This document shows, in pieces, positions 26,841-36,315 of a DNA stretch of 49,944 nucleotides. A program made the translations under genes and the position numbers. The stretch is from contig CALJVH010000008.1 in assembly GCA_937974645.1 (NCBI GenBank), forward strand, positions 1 through 49,944. The letters run 5' to 3'. Under the pieces are notes generated by a model. The model saw only the letters and a program-made list of their open reading frames with translations. It did no database searches and was not told the DNA's origin. Source of the DNA: an uncultured archaeon. GTDB lineage: Archaea > Thermoproteota > Nitrososphaeria_A > Caldarchaeales > Wolframiiraptoraceae. Each line of letters opens with the position of its first letter. Positions within the stretch are counted from its first letter, which is position 1.

Positions 26841-27572
26841 TGCGAGGATTATAGCTAGAACATCTCCCACCAAGACGTAGAAAATGAAGCCTGCTGTTAT
26901 TGAGATGAGTAGTGGCAGGCCTGGTGTAATCCAGCAATCATCTCGTGATACCTCCTCAAACTCAAGAGTGAAGAGGTTGAAATTGAAGTATCTTTTCCCA
27001 TCGCGCTCACTCTCTAGGGGGAACCAGAACTTCTTTTGCTTAGCATTTCTCGACCTTATGCCGAATAACATCGCCGCGAACTTCTTAAGAGAATTCTCAT
27101 GTTCAAATCCTTCGAAGATTCTCTGTCCCTTCGCTAGGGCTATCATGTTCCAAGTGAAGAATGCCGGCAATATTAGAAGCGAGAAGAGTAGGCCGTTCGA
27201 GAGCGATGCGAGACCCGTGAATGGGTGAATCCCGGCTGGTGGGCTGTAAATTGGAAGGGCTAAAGAGATAATGGCTATCGCCTTGGCATCAGCACCCCCA
27301 TAGAGCCCGAAGAAGTAGAATGCGAAGGCCAGTCCCATTGATAAGGCTATTGAGATGAGGGTTAGGATGAGCCTGTTCAGGCTCCACAGGGAGATCAGAT
27401 CTACCGATGTTAGGGCTGCGCCGGCAACTCCGCAGATTATCCAGATCCGATCATCAACTTCCCGTGTCACCCAGTCCCTGTATGAGGCGTAGATGAGCCC
27501 GGCAATTATGATTCCCACCCTTACTGGCGTAAGCGCTTCCTCCAGCAAGACCTCAATCCTCCACCCTATCAA
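26829..27572 (-). CDS. A24-family aspartic peptidase (prepilin/preflagellin peptidase, PibD/FlaK-like)
   Basis: Multi-TM. First Asp region ASYRDWVTREVDD and second catalytic motif GLYGGADAKA. Confidence 0.7.
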   Translation of the reverse strand: MIGWRIEVLLEEALTPVRVGIIIAGLIYASYRDWVTREVDDRIWIICGVAGAALTSVDLISLWSLNRLILTLISIALSMGLAFAFYFFGLYGGADAKAIAIISLALPIYSPPAGIHPFTGLASLSNGLLFSLLILPAFFTWNMIALAKGQRIFEGFEHENSLKKFAAMLFGIRSRNAKQKKFWFPLESERDGKRYFNFNLFTLEFEEVSRDDCWITPGLPLLISITAGFIFYVLVGDVLAIILALMP

Positions 27573-28413
27573 AGGGCACCATGACTTGGGGGATAGCGTC
27601 GAGAAGATCTGTCGCTATTATGTGGAGCCCCAGCCTCTCGGTAACCAGCTCACCAGCTTTTCCATTGACCCAGGCGGCAGAGGCCGCGGCCTTGAAGGGG
27701 GTAGCGCCCCAAGCAAGGAATGCTGCGACTATCCCGGAGAGGATGTCGCCCGTTCCCCCGGTTGTCATGGCTGGAGTCCCGGTCTTGTTTATGGCCGCCT
27801 CCACGCCATTCGAGACCACATCAACTTTACCCTTTAGCAGAATGGTGATTTTATTTTTACTCGCCTGCTCCATGACAACCCCAACGCGATTCTCAAGCTT
27901 CTCCGGAGCCTCCACCCCGAATAATCGCCTAAACTCTCCAGCATGCGGCGTCAGGACCACCTTCCCTCCACCGACGTACTTCAATATTTCGGGGTAGAGC
28001 GCTCCAGCATCGAGAACCAAGCCCTTCCCAGCCGCGATCGCCTCTCTAGCCATCAACTCTATTCCCGGTTCGCTTCCAGCCTCAAGTCCGGGACCTATAA
28101 TTACCGAGTCAACTCTCGGAAGAATCTTCAACGCCCTCCTAGCCGCATTCTTAGTAAGCTTAATGTCGGTTAGAGGTATCACTATCACGGCCGGCGAGAG
28201 AGAGCGGATCGGCGTGGCGATCTTCTCGGGAACAGCTATGTATGCCAGATCCACGCCGCATCTCAAGGCCGCCATTGCAGCGAGAAATGGCGCTCCATGA
28301 TACATCCAGCCCCCACCAATAACCAGCACCACACCATTCTCTCCTTTGTGAGAGTCCGCTTTCCTCGGTCTAACACTCTCCTTGACGAAAGCCTCATCCA
28401 CTACCTTATACAT
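27553..28413 (-). CDS. nnrD: ADP-dependent NAD(P)H-hydrate dehydratase (YjeF C-terminal type)
   Basis: HKGENGVVLVIGGGWMYHGAPFLAAMAALRCG, LTPHAGEF and TTGGTGDILSGIVAAFLA motifs. Overlaps the downstream peptidase gene by 20 nt. Confidence 0.85.
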   Translation of the reverse strand: MYKVVDEAFVKESVRPRKADSHKGENGVVLVIGGGWMYHGAPFLAAMAALRCGVDLAYIAVPEKIATPIRSLSPAVIVIPLTDIKLTKNAARRALKILPRVDSVIIGPGLEAGSEPGIELMAREAIAAGKGLVLDAGALYPEILKYVGGGKVVLTPHAGEFRRLFGVEAPEKLENRVGVVMEQASKNKITILLKGKVDVVSNGVEAAINKTGTPAMTTGGTGDILSGIVAAFLAWGATPFKAAASAAWVNGKAGELVTERLGLHIIATDLLDAIPQVMVPFDRVED

Positions 28414-28501
28414 TCCCCGCTCAAGCGGGGAGACCTACTCGACTGATATATTAGGCCGCCTACTAAACAGGATAAAATAAGTAGAGGGGAGAGATTCCCC
28501 T

Positions 28502-28804
28502 TCACTTCTTCTTTGCGGCGCCCTTCTTTGGCGCGATCCTTATCTCGATGGTGCTGACGCTCCTTGGTCTGCCGTCTTGACCAACCCTGCCCTCCTCGGT
28601 TCCTATGCTGACTCCCTGAATCTCCGCATCCTGCACGAACCTCCTTGTAACAACTTGGGCCACGTCCACGGCCTTGCTTATCGCCCTTCCACGAGCCTTC
28701 AAAACGACCATTTTACCCTCGGAAAGCGGCATCGTCGTCGCCAGAACGTAATTCATCGTCGGCTTTCTCCCAATGAGGACAACAGCCTCAGATATCTCGC
28801 TCAT
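28502..28804 (-). CDS. albA: Chromatin/RNA-binding protein Alba
   Basis: 100 aa. ..VLIGRKPTMNYVLA..LKARGRAISKAVDVAQVV.RRF.. is the Alba signature. Confidence 0.9.
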   Translation of the reverse strand: MSEISEAVVLIGRKPTMNYVLATTMPLSEGKMVVLKARGRAISKAVDVAQVVTRRFVQDAEIQGVSIGTEEGRVGQDGRPRSVSTIEIRIAPKKGAAKKK

Positions 28805-28865
28805 TCGATCACCTCATGCAAGGCTAGAGTTGGCGATGGAATGTTAAATATTTTTCTCTTCCAAC

Positions 28866-29246
28866 TTAGCCCGTTACTAGACTGAATGGTTTGCCCTCCT
28901 TTAGAATCTTTTCCGGAATTCGGGACCTCCAAGTAGCTAGAAATCTCAAATCGTCATTTCTGTCTCTCAGGTTATCCGGTAGCATTCTCGGAATTTCACC
29001 CTCTATCGGGTACCATCGGCCGCAATTTCCACAGAAGAGTAAGCCATCAACTATCTCCACTTGCCAGCATTCGGAGCATGTCGGCCCTACAAGCTCTTCA
29101 AGACGCTTTGATGCATAACCGCAATAGACCTCACACTTCACGGGTTTCAGCTCAGCCTCTATCCTCCTAGTTCTGAGTACATGAAGTTCTAAGGGAAAGC
29201 ATTTGCAGATTGGGCATGCGAGCAGATCCATCAACCTGTACTTCAT
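28866..29246 (-). CDS. Trm112-like zinc-ribbon protein with an inserted second Cys cluster
   Basis: LLACPICKCFPLEL ... LLFCGNCGRWYPIEGEIPRMLP is the Trm112/UPF0434 pattern. The insert carries CEVYC..CSEC. Confidence 0.7.
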   Translation of the reverse strand: MKYRLMDLLACPICKCFPLELHVLRTRRIEAELKPVKCEVYCGYASKRLEELVGPTCSECWQVEIVDGLLFCGNCGRWYPIEGEIPRMLPDNLRDRNDDLRFLATWRSRIPEKILKEGKPFSLVTG

Positions 29247-29407
29247 CTCAAGACCATTAAGTTGATGGGAAGGTGCGGGTTAAGAAATTTATCGCCGGCT
29301 TGGTGCGTGTTAAATCTTATGCGCTTCAGTCTTAGAAGGCCTTAACCGACGTCAAAAGTTATCTTTCGCGAAAGTTTTTATTGAAGATTAAGAATTAAGC
29401 AGAATGC

Positions 29408-30286
29408 TTGTCCGAAGAGTGTGGTCATGAGATCAGGGTGACGACAAAGGCCTTTCTTCCAGTCGGGTTATCTCTCATGTTGAGCTGGCTGCTTACATTA
29501 CTCTCCAAAGGGGTTGAATTAAGCTATCCAACCCCTATCATAACCCCAGCTGAGGAGCCTGAGCCGACAGCCCCGCCTACTGAGGCTCTCTCAAGCCCAG
29601 CCCCATACTTGAACGTGATCATCATTATTGGGTTAATAACCGCCTCTGGCCTGATAATGCTCTACTTCGCAAGAAGGCTGAGAAACTTCTTCCGAATTCT
29701 CACCGGAATCCTAATCTGGCTCATTTCCTTTGGCGTAACTGTAATCTACTTGATCAGCATCGCTCTAGCGATTGACTGGATCCTACTCAGATTCTGGCTT
29801 CCGGTTGGCGCTCTCGTCGCCTCACTAACGACATATCTCATGCTTAGGGAAAGCGGGCTAATCTCAGCAATACCTGCAGCATATATTGCCTCAGGAGCTG
29901 GCGCGACCATAGGCATGAGCATACCATATTGGACTTTCCTAATTCTCATGATAGGAATCTCGGCCTATGATACATTCGCGGTCTACAAGGGCCACTTGTC
30001 CACATTGAGCAAGGAGGAAGCGATCTCATTAAGGGGGTTAACAGTTGAGGTTGATGATCTGGTAATAGGCTTGGGCGACCTCTTCTTCTACTCCTTGACG
30101 GCCTCTGCAATTCTCCAGTATATGGGGATAATTCCGGCGATCGCGGCGACGATCTCAATCCTAGCAGGATACGCGATAACTCTACTACTTCTCAGGAGGA
30201 AGCGCATGCTCCCAGGGCTCCCTATACCACTTCTCTTGGCCACGGCCTCCGCGCTGGCCCTCAGCATTCTCCTAAGATTCGCCTAA
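29408..30286 (+). CDS. Presenilin/signal-peptide-peptidase homologue (A22 family intramembrane aspartyl protease)
   Basis: Multi-TM with catalytic motifs SAYDTFAVY (YD) and VIGLGDLFFY (GxGD), plus a PAL-like LPGLPIPL near the C-terminus. TTG start is uncertain. Confidence 0.7.
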   Translation: MSEECGHEIRVTTKAFLPVGLSLMLSWLLTLLSKGVELSYPTPIITPAEEPEPTAPPTEALSSPAPYLNVIIIIGLITASGLIMLYFARRLRNFFRILTGILIWLISFGVTVIYLISIALAIDWILLRFWLPVGALVASLTTYLMLRESGLISAIPAAYIASGAGATIGMSIPYWTFLILMIGISAYDTFAVYKGHLSTLSKEEAISLRGLTVEVDDLVIGLGDLFFYSLTASAILQYMGIIPAIAATISILAGYAITLLLLRRKRMLPGLPIPLLLATASALALSILLRFA

Positions 30287-30431
30287 TAATGCTTGCAAAT
30301 GTGCGAGATACCACACTTGAATACAAGGTTCATGCCGGTTTTGAGGAGCTTCGGCGAGCTTGTTCCGTCAGATTAACGGATTTTCGGCTAAATGATTATA
30401 TTTTTGTCTATTTTTGAAGCCGTAGCTTGGC

Positions 30432-32237
30432 ATGCGGATGGAGGCGGAGGTTCCCACGCTAATCCCCAGCATTGAAGAGATGACGATCGAGGGCTTCAAA
30501 GAGTCATTTAGGAAGATCTTGGAGCTTAAGCGGAGATGCGGGCTCCAGCCGTTACTAGATAATCCACCGGATCTACTTGAAAGGGCTAAACTCTATGCCA
30601 CCCATTACAGTAATGGATCCCTCAGTTGGGCCTCGAATATCTGGCATAGATCCGAGGCTGGGTCGGCGGTAATCGAAAAAGATGAGGATCTTAAATGGGA
30701 GCATAAATTTCTGATGCGAAGAGTTCTCGAGCACATCCTCGCCCAAGGCCCACTCATAAAGATTGATGGAATTCTCGGAAAGCCCGGAAGTAGTGTCGAG
30801 TTAAGGTGCAGGCTTTACTGCGACCCACAGTTCCCGGACATAGCCTATAGGTGGAGTCAGCTAGCATTCCCAGGAGATCCGTTGAAGGACCCGGATGTCG
30901 AGTTGATAGACATACCACATTATCTCGGGAACCCCATAAATCCCGAGACCGGGCGCATGCTCATGGTCTTGAGATTCCCGAACCATGATTTCACGATAGT
31001 TACCTGTTCTTCCTATCAGGGCGAGGTGAAGAAGGGGTTCCTAACGCATTGGATATTCCATGTCTATAAGAAGGGTGGAACCGGCGAGCACGCGGCCCTA
31101 AGGGAGTTCACGGTGAAGAGGAAAGATGGAAGTGAGAAAAGGATAATCCTTTGCATCTGGGGGCTAACGGGCTCAGGAAAATCAACTCATGGTCTTTATA
31201 TCTGGGATGAGGCGAACATCAATATATACGTCAGGGAGTTCGGCATAAACCCGCTCGACTATGTCAAGGATCAGGAGATTAAGAATGATGACATTATAGC
31301 CGTTTTCGAGGATGGAGTCATAGGCTCTGAGCGAGGCTCTTGGACTAAAACTGAGGATGTTGATCCGAGGCAGGTGGCGATCTGGAGGGCTGCCATGTCG
31401 CCTAGAGCACTCCACGAGGACACGGAGTTCGATGAGAATGGGAATCCATCGCTCGCCGGGAAGTTATACCAGTATCATGGCATGTTCAATAAGAATGCTA
31501 GGTCAGTCTTCTTCCTCGAGGATACCGGCTACTTCAAGGGTGATGTTGAGTCGAGCGGCCCAATGAATATGGCGATATTCCTCTCACCGGGCTACTTCAC
31601 GGACTACGCTTGGGTTAAGATAGCTGATCCGGCCTTCGCAGCCAAGGTTCTCGCGGATGGCAGGAGTATTGGACATCCAGCACAGTCCAAGGAAGCTTAT
31701 GGCGTAATCTTCTCCACGAGGTTCTGCAAGCCCTTCACGATGGGCGTCCCATCGACAATGCATGTCATTAGATTCTACCATATGCTGAGGAGGAGGGCGG
31801 AGAGGGGAGACCCGATCGAGGTCTACCAGTTTAATACGACGGGTAAGATAATCGCGGAATACAAGTGGGTCAAGACGAAGCTCGGCGATGTGGAGGTCGA
31901 GATTCCCCAGCCGATTTTCAAGTCAGCGCCCGACGGCACCATGAAGCCCGTTGGAGGAACATCTCCAACGATAGAAGAGACGGAGCTCTTTATACTCCAA
32001 GCTGCTCGCGGCGCCGTCGAGTATGAGCCGCACCCAATCTGGGGGGAGAAAGTTCTCATCCCGGTTGAGGTTGAGGGATTACCCGAGAAAAGGCTCAGAG
32101 AGCTGTGGCCGACAACTCATCTCTCAATGAGCGAGTTCAAGAGGCTGCTGGGGGCGCAGATAAAGCTCAGCAAACACTATCTAGATAAGGATTGTCCGGG
32201 GCTCCCGCCCGAGATCTATAATGCGATGGACTTCTGA
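30432..32237 (+). CDS. Divergent ATP-type phosphoenolpyruvate carboxykinase-like protein
   Basis: 601 aa. P-loop IWGLTGSGKSTHG in the position of the PEPCK kinase-1a motif (GLSGTGKTT). KNDDIIAVFEDG and NARSVFF fit the PEPCK fold. Longer and more divergent than classical PckA. Confidence 0.6.
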   Translation: MRMEAEVPTLIPSIEEMTIEGFKESFRKILELKRRCGLQPLLDNPPDLLERAKLYATHYSNGSLSWASNIWHRSEAGSAVIEKDEDLKWEHKFLMRRVLEHILAQGPLIKIDGILGKPGSSVELRCRLYCDPQFPDIAYRWSQLAFPGDPLKDPDVELIDIPHYLGNPINPETGRMLMVLRFPNHDFTIVTCSSYQGEVKKGFLTHWIFHVYKKGGTGEHAALREFTVKRKDGSEKRIILCIWGLTGSGKSTHGLYIWDEANINIYVREFGINPLDYVKDQEIKNDDIIAVFEDGVIGSERGSWTKTEDVDPRQVAIWRAAMSPRALHEDTEFDENGNPSLAGKLYQYHGMFNKNARSVFFLEDTGYFKGDVESSGPMNMAIFLSPGYFTDYAWVKIADPAFAAKVLADGRSIGHPAQSKEAYGVIFSTRFCKPFTMGVPSTMHVIRFYHMLRRRAERGDPIEVYQFNTTGKIIAEYKWVKTKLGDVEVEIPQPIFKSAPDGTMKPVGGTSPTIEETELFILQAARGAVEYEPHPIWGEKVLIPVEVEGLPEKRLRELWPTTHLSMSEFKRLLGAQIKLSKHYLDKDCPGLPPEIYNAMDF

Positions 32238-32349
32238 GCGAGTTCGAGAGCCCAGCTCTAACGCTCTGTAGCCCAATCCAAGCGGCGAGAGCCTTGTTCC
32301 TAAGCTGATTCCGATAACCTGAGGCGCCCACTTTCATCTTAAGCGATTT

Positions 32350-33522
32350 TCAGGGCTTCTCTAAGGATAGTATCGTGACGTAGGCGAAGTGTCCTGTCCC
32401 GCCGACATTGTGTACTAGGGCTTGGCCGCGTCTTATCGGGGCCTGTCTGCCTCGCTCAATCTCCTGCCTCAGCTGCTTAACAGCTTCATAGATCATTGCC
32501 AGGCCTGAGGCTCCTACCGGATGACCCTTCGCTTTAAGCCCCCCATCCGTATTCACTGGAATAATTCCACCGATGTATGTCTGCTCCTCCCTCGCGAGTA
32601 GATAGCCTTCACCTTTTCGAGCAAATCCCAGGTCCTCGTAGGCGATAATTTCGGCAATCGTGAAGCAGTCGTGGACGAGGGCGAGGTCAAGAGACTTCAC
32701 CGGATCATCTATTCCAGCCTTTCTATATGCTTGCCCCGCCGCCTCAACCGCGCTCTCTATCGAGAGGAGGTCATTTCGCATGGTCAGGTTTGCGGGGGCC
32801 GTCGCTATCCCTTGAGCCTTCACCCAAACCGGTGTATCCGTAAGCTTGGAAGCCACCTTCTCCGATGCGACGATCGCGGCGGCAGCACCATCCGTTATCG
32901 GCGAACAATCATACAACTTCAGGGGCCAGGCCACATACCTCGAGCTCAGCACATCCTCAACGGTTATCCTCTTCTGGAACTGGGCCTTTGGATTCATCGA
33001 GCCATAGTAATGGTTCTTGACAGCGATCTTGGCGAGATCTCCCTCTGATGCACCATACTCATCCATGTAGGCTTTGGCGAGGAGGGCGTAGTAGGCTGGG
33101 AAGGTTAGTCCGAAGGTTTCAAACTCCCAAAAGAAATTTCCTCCCCTGCCTAGGAGTTCAACAACCGCTGAGGTGGATAGCTCGTTCATCCGCTCCGCCC
33201 CGATCGCTAGGGCTATATCTGTGTAGCCCGATTCAACGGCCATACAGGCGATCGCGAGCGCCGCGCTCCCAGAGGCGCAGGCCGCTTCAACCCTCATACC
33301 GCCCTTAGGATTGAGGCCGGCATATTCGCATACTATCGGAAGCGGAAAGAACTCGCTACTCCATCCACCGACATTAGCAAAGGCGACGAAGCCCACATCT
33401 TCCCTCGATATCCCCGCATCCCTCAAAGCATCCTCGACGGCCTTGAAGGCGAGTTCGGGGAGCTGATGCTCCAAATCCCTTCCAAACTTCGTCATCCCAA
33501 CGCCGATTACCGCGACCGCCAT
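32350..33522 (-). CDS. Thiolase (acetyl-CoA acetyltransferase, archaeal SCP-x-like type)
   Basis: VAVIGVGMTKFG start, active-site region VEAACASGSAA, C-terminal NVGGTG. 390 aa. Confidence 0.85.
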   Translation of the reverse strand: MAVAVIGVGMTKFGRDLEHQLPELAFKAVEDALRDAGISREDVGFVAFANVGGWSSEFFPLPIVCEYAGLNPKGGMRVEAACASGSAALAIACMAVESGYTDIALAIGAERMNELSTSAVVELLGRGGNFFWEFETFGLTFPAYYALLAKAYMDEYGASEGDLAKIAVKNHYYGSMNPKAQFQKRITVEDVLSSRYVAWPLKLYDCSPITDGAAAAIVASEKVASKLTDTPVWVKAQGIATAPANLTMRNDLLSIESAVEAAGQAYRKAGIDDPVKSLDLALVHDCFTIAEIIAYEDLGFARKGEGYLLAREEQTYIGGIIPVNTDGGLKAKGHPVGASGLAMIYEAVKQLRQEIERGRQAPIRRGQALVHNVGGTGHFAYVTILSLEKP

Positions 33523-33627
33523 TCACAACTCACGCATAACACCTCATTTTAGGTTTTCCGGGGAGCGCTACCCGATTCTATGAGAAAAGGATTTTAGTGA
33601 GCCATATTGAGCAGGGGGTAAAAGAAG

Positions 33628-34296
33628 ATGGTTATTGAAGCCGTAATCTTCGACCTCGATGGAACGCTTATAGATTTATCGCTTAAAATTTTGGACGCGA
33701 AGAGGGAGTTCATTAAGAGAATCAGGAGTATGGGCGTTGATCTGGGAGCTATTGATGAGCTGAGACCCGTGGAGATAATAATCACCTATCTCGAGAGGTT
33801 CCGTGGAATTCCTAGGAAGCACTCCAGAATGATTCTAGATGAGTGCATCGAGCCGTATGAGCTTGAGGCCGTGAAGAGGGCTAGGCTGAGAGATGGAGGA
33901 GCCCAAGTTTTGGAGAAGCTCAGGAAGGCGGGGTACAAGCTTGGTTTAGCCTCAAACAATAGCAGGAAATGCATCGAGGTTACGCTTGAGAAGCTAGGAC
34001 TCCGCCACCTCTTCGATACTATTGTTAGCAGGGATGAGGTTGTGAGGCTTAAACCTTGTGAGGAAGTCGTGGTTAAGGCCATTAAGCAGCTAGGCACATT
34101 ACCTCAGAGAGCGGTCTATGTCGGAGATTCGGTCGTCGACATGATAGCTGGAAGAAGAGCTGGAGCCCATGTAGTGGCAATATCTGGGGGAGCAGACCCA
34201 AGGGATGAGCTTTGTAAAGGTGGCGCGGACTTCATCATAAACGAGCTCGATGAGGTGGTAGAGGTAATAAAGTTCATCGAGAAGCGAACTTTATAG
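33628..34296 (+). CDS. HAD-superfamily phosphatase
   Basis: Motif I VIFDLDGTLID, motif II LASNN, motif III/IV YVGDSVVDMIAG. Confidence 0.85.
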   Translation: MVIEAVIFDLDGTLIDLSLKILDAKREFIKRIRSMGVDLGAIDELRPVEIIITYLERFRGIPRKHSRMILDECIEPYELEAVKRARLRDGGAQVLEKLRKAGYKLGLASNNSRKCIEVTLEKLGLRHLFDTIVSRDEVVRLKPCEEVVVKAIKQLGTLPQRAVYVGDSVVDMIAGRRAGAHVVAISGGADPRDELCKGGADFIINELDEVVEVIKFIEKRTL

Positions 34297-35856
34297 GTGC
34301 GAGATGCGATCAACACCTTGGAAAAGATGGAGAAAATCGTACCTGATACGAGCGTGCTGATAAATGAGGCACTGTCAAAACTGATTGAGGCAGGCGAGGT
34401 AAGAGACTGCGAGCTAATAATCCCGCTAGCCGTGATAGATGAGCTTCAGGCTCAAGCATCAAAGGGGAGAGATATCGGGCTGAAGGGCCTTGAAGAGCTC
34501 AAGAAGATTAGAGAGCATGCGAGAGATATGAATATCCAGATAAGGTTCTCCGGCGAGAGACCGAGCCTTGATGATATAAGGCTGGCGAGAAGTGGGAGAA
34601 TTGATGCTCTAATACGTGATGTCACGAGGGCTGAAGGCGGCACACTCTATACGTCCGACTATGTGCAAGCACTGGTGGCCGAGGCTGAGGGAATCTCCGT
34701 AAGATATATTGAGCCTTATCATAAGCCTGAAGAGCCCGCTTACAAGAAGTATCTCGGACCTGATGTCGTAAACCTGTATCTGAGAGTCGGCTTCAAGCCC
34801 TATGCTGAGGTGCTTAGGAATGGGAGGCTGGAGACCATAGTACTTGATGAGAAACCATGCGATGAAAAACTTCTGAGCGAGGTCTTAGAAGAGGTGATGG
34901 CTGTGGCTAGGATTAGGGAGGATGCCGACATTCTCATGCTCAGACCTGAGATCGTAATTTTGGAGACCAGAGATTATAGAATAAGAGTTATGAGGCCGCC
35001 GCTCTCGGACAGGATGGAGGCTATGATTCAGAGGGATATCCTCCAAGTAGCTTCGGAGAACACGTTCCTCGAGCCCATAATCCGGGAGTGCGCTCTAGGT
35101 CGCCGCGGAATCCTAGTGCTCAATCTCGATGGGGTTTACGTCTTCCCAATCGCTGAGAGGATAGCTGAGAAGCTTTGTGAGTATGGAATCAAAACGAGGA
35201 TCATCGGCCGCGCTAGGAGGCTGAATACCTCTGCCCCATACCATGGCCCGCTCGACGGCGACTTGGAAAAAACCCTCCACCTTATCTTCTCCAGCCCACT
35301 TGATTACATCATACTTGACGAGGTAATGGATTCGAGAGATCTTAAGCTCGTGAGGGGTGCTAGGCTCGCGGACATCGGAGTAATCGCCTTCCAACAATCG
35401 AGATCCATAGAGTCTGTGGCCGCATCGCTCCTAGATGCAATAAACCTCATGATGCTGCCCCGAGTAATAGACGAGATAATTCTCATGAAGTGCTACGGGG
35501 TCTCCGAGCTCTGGAGCATCTCCACCTCCATAAGGACTCCTAGGGGCTTAAGCCCGGAATTAGGTGTGAAAAATGTGATTGAGCTTACTCGCGATGGAGA
35601 GGTTATTTATGAGCTCTATGAGGTGGATGGGCGTCCAATAATTTCTAATGTCAGGATGACATATGAGCGTATTGAGAAGGCCAAGAATCTCATTGAGAAG
35701 ATTCTGAACGAGGCTGGGGCTAGGGATGTTAGGCTCGAGGCTCTTTGGCTCGATAAGGCCGTGATCCGGGTCATGGAAAAAGGGAGACGCGGGCTAAGGG
35801 ATCTTGAGAGGAGAATCATGGAAGAGGTCGGAACCAAGGTGGAGTTCATGATCTAG
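34297..35856 (+). CDS. PIN domain + PilT-like ATPase-like + KH protein (COG1855-like) lacking a Walker A motif
   Basis: PIN start MEKIVPDTSVLIN (in-frame ATG at 34327 is the likelier start). Central domain with a Walker-B-like YIILDEV. No GxxxxGK[ST] anywhere in the ORF: NLDGVYVF lies where it is expected. KH-like C-terminus. Confidence 0.65.
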   Translation: MRDAINTLEKMEKIVPDTSVLINEALSKLIEAGEVRDCELIIPLAVIDELQAQASKGRDIGLKGLEELKKIREHARDMNIQIRFSGERPSLDDIRLARSGRIDALIRDVTRAEGGTLYTSDYVQALVAEAEGISVRYIEPYHKPEEPAYKKYLGPDVVNLYLRVGFKPYAEVLRNGRLETIVLDEKPCDEKLLSEVLEEVMAVARIREDADILMLRPEIVILETRDYRIRVMRPPLSDRMEAMIQRDILQVASENTFLEPIIRECALGRRGILVLNLDGVYVFPIAERIAEKLCEYGIKTRIIGRARRLNTSAPYHGPLDGDLEKTLHLIFSSPLDYIILDEVMDSRDLKLVRGARLADIGVIAFQQSRSIESVAASLLDAINLMMLPRVIDEIILMKCYGVSELWSISTSIRTPRGLSPELGVKNVIELTRDGEVIYELYEVDGRPIISNVRMTYERIEKAKNLIEKILNEAGARDVRLEALWLDKAVIRVMEKGRRGLRDLERRIMEEVGTKVEFMI

Positions 35857-35899
35857 GAGCCCGATAAGCTTTTTAGCTAGAGCTATCCCCTGCCGCTAG

Positions 35900-36307
35900 A
35901 TGAGCTCTAGAAAGCGGGGTTTCGCCGACAAGCTAGCTTCGCGAATCAGATCTGAGGCTGCGAGCACAATAGCGGTTATCATTATCCTGATCATGATTAT
36001 GTCATTTCTTAGCGGAGCAACATATTCTCTTACAACAGACCGCCCGATCTCGATAATATTCCTCCGGGATGGAAGTATGCGAGTCTTCCTCTGGGATATG
36101 AGATGGCAGACTCACGCCGAGACGATAGTCGTCTTCATCTATTATGCCCTTGGAGTTGGAGGATTACTACTCTATGCTCGAGCAATCTCAAGACCTGCGG
36201 ATCCAAGAACCACGAAGTACATGCTCTTCTTCAGCTTTCTTCTATTATTGCTCGCATTTCTCGGAATATATAATGGATACTTGGAGAAGTTCACCAGCCC
36301 CTATTAG
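35900..36307 (+). CDS. Hypothetical three-TM membrane protein
   Basis: 135 aa with three hydrophobic segments. No family recognised. Confidence 0.5.
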   Translation: MSSRKRGFADKLASRIRSEAASTIAVIIILIMIMSFLSGATYSLTTDRPISIIFLRDGSMRVFLWDMRWQTHAETIVVFIYYALGVGGLLLYARAISRPADPRTTKYMLFFSFLLLLLAFLGIYNGYLEKFTSPY

Positions 36308-36315
36308 GAGTAAGA

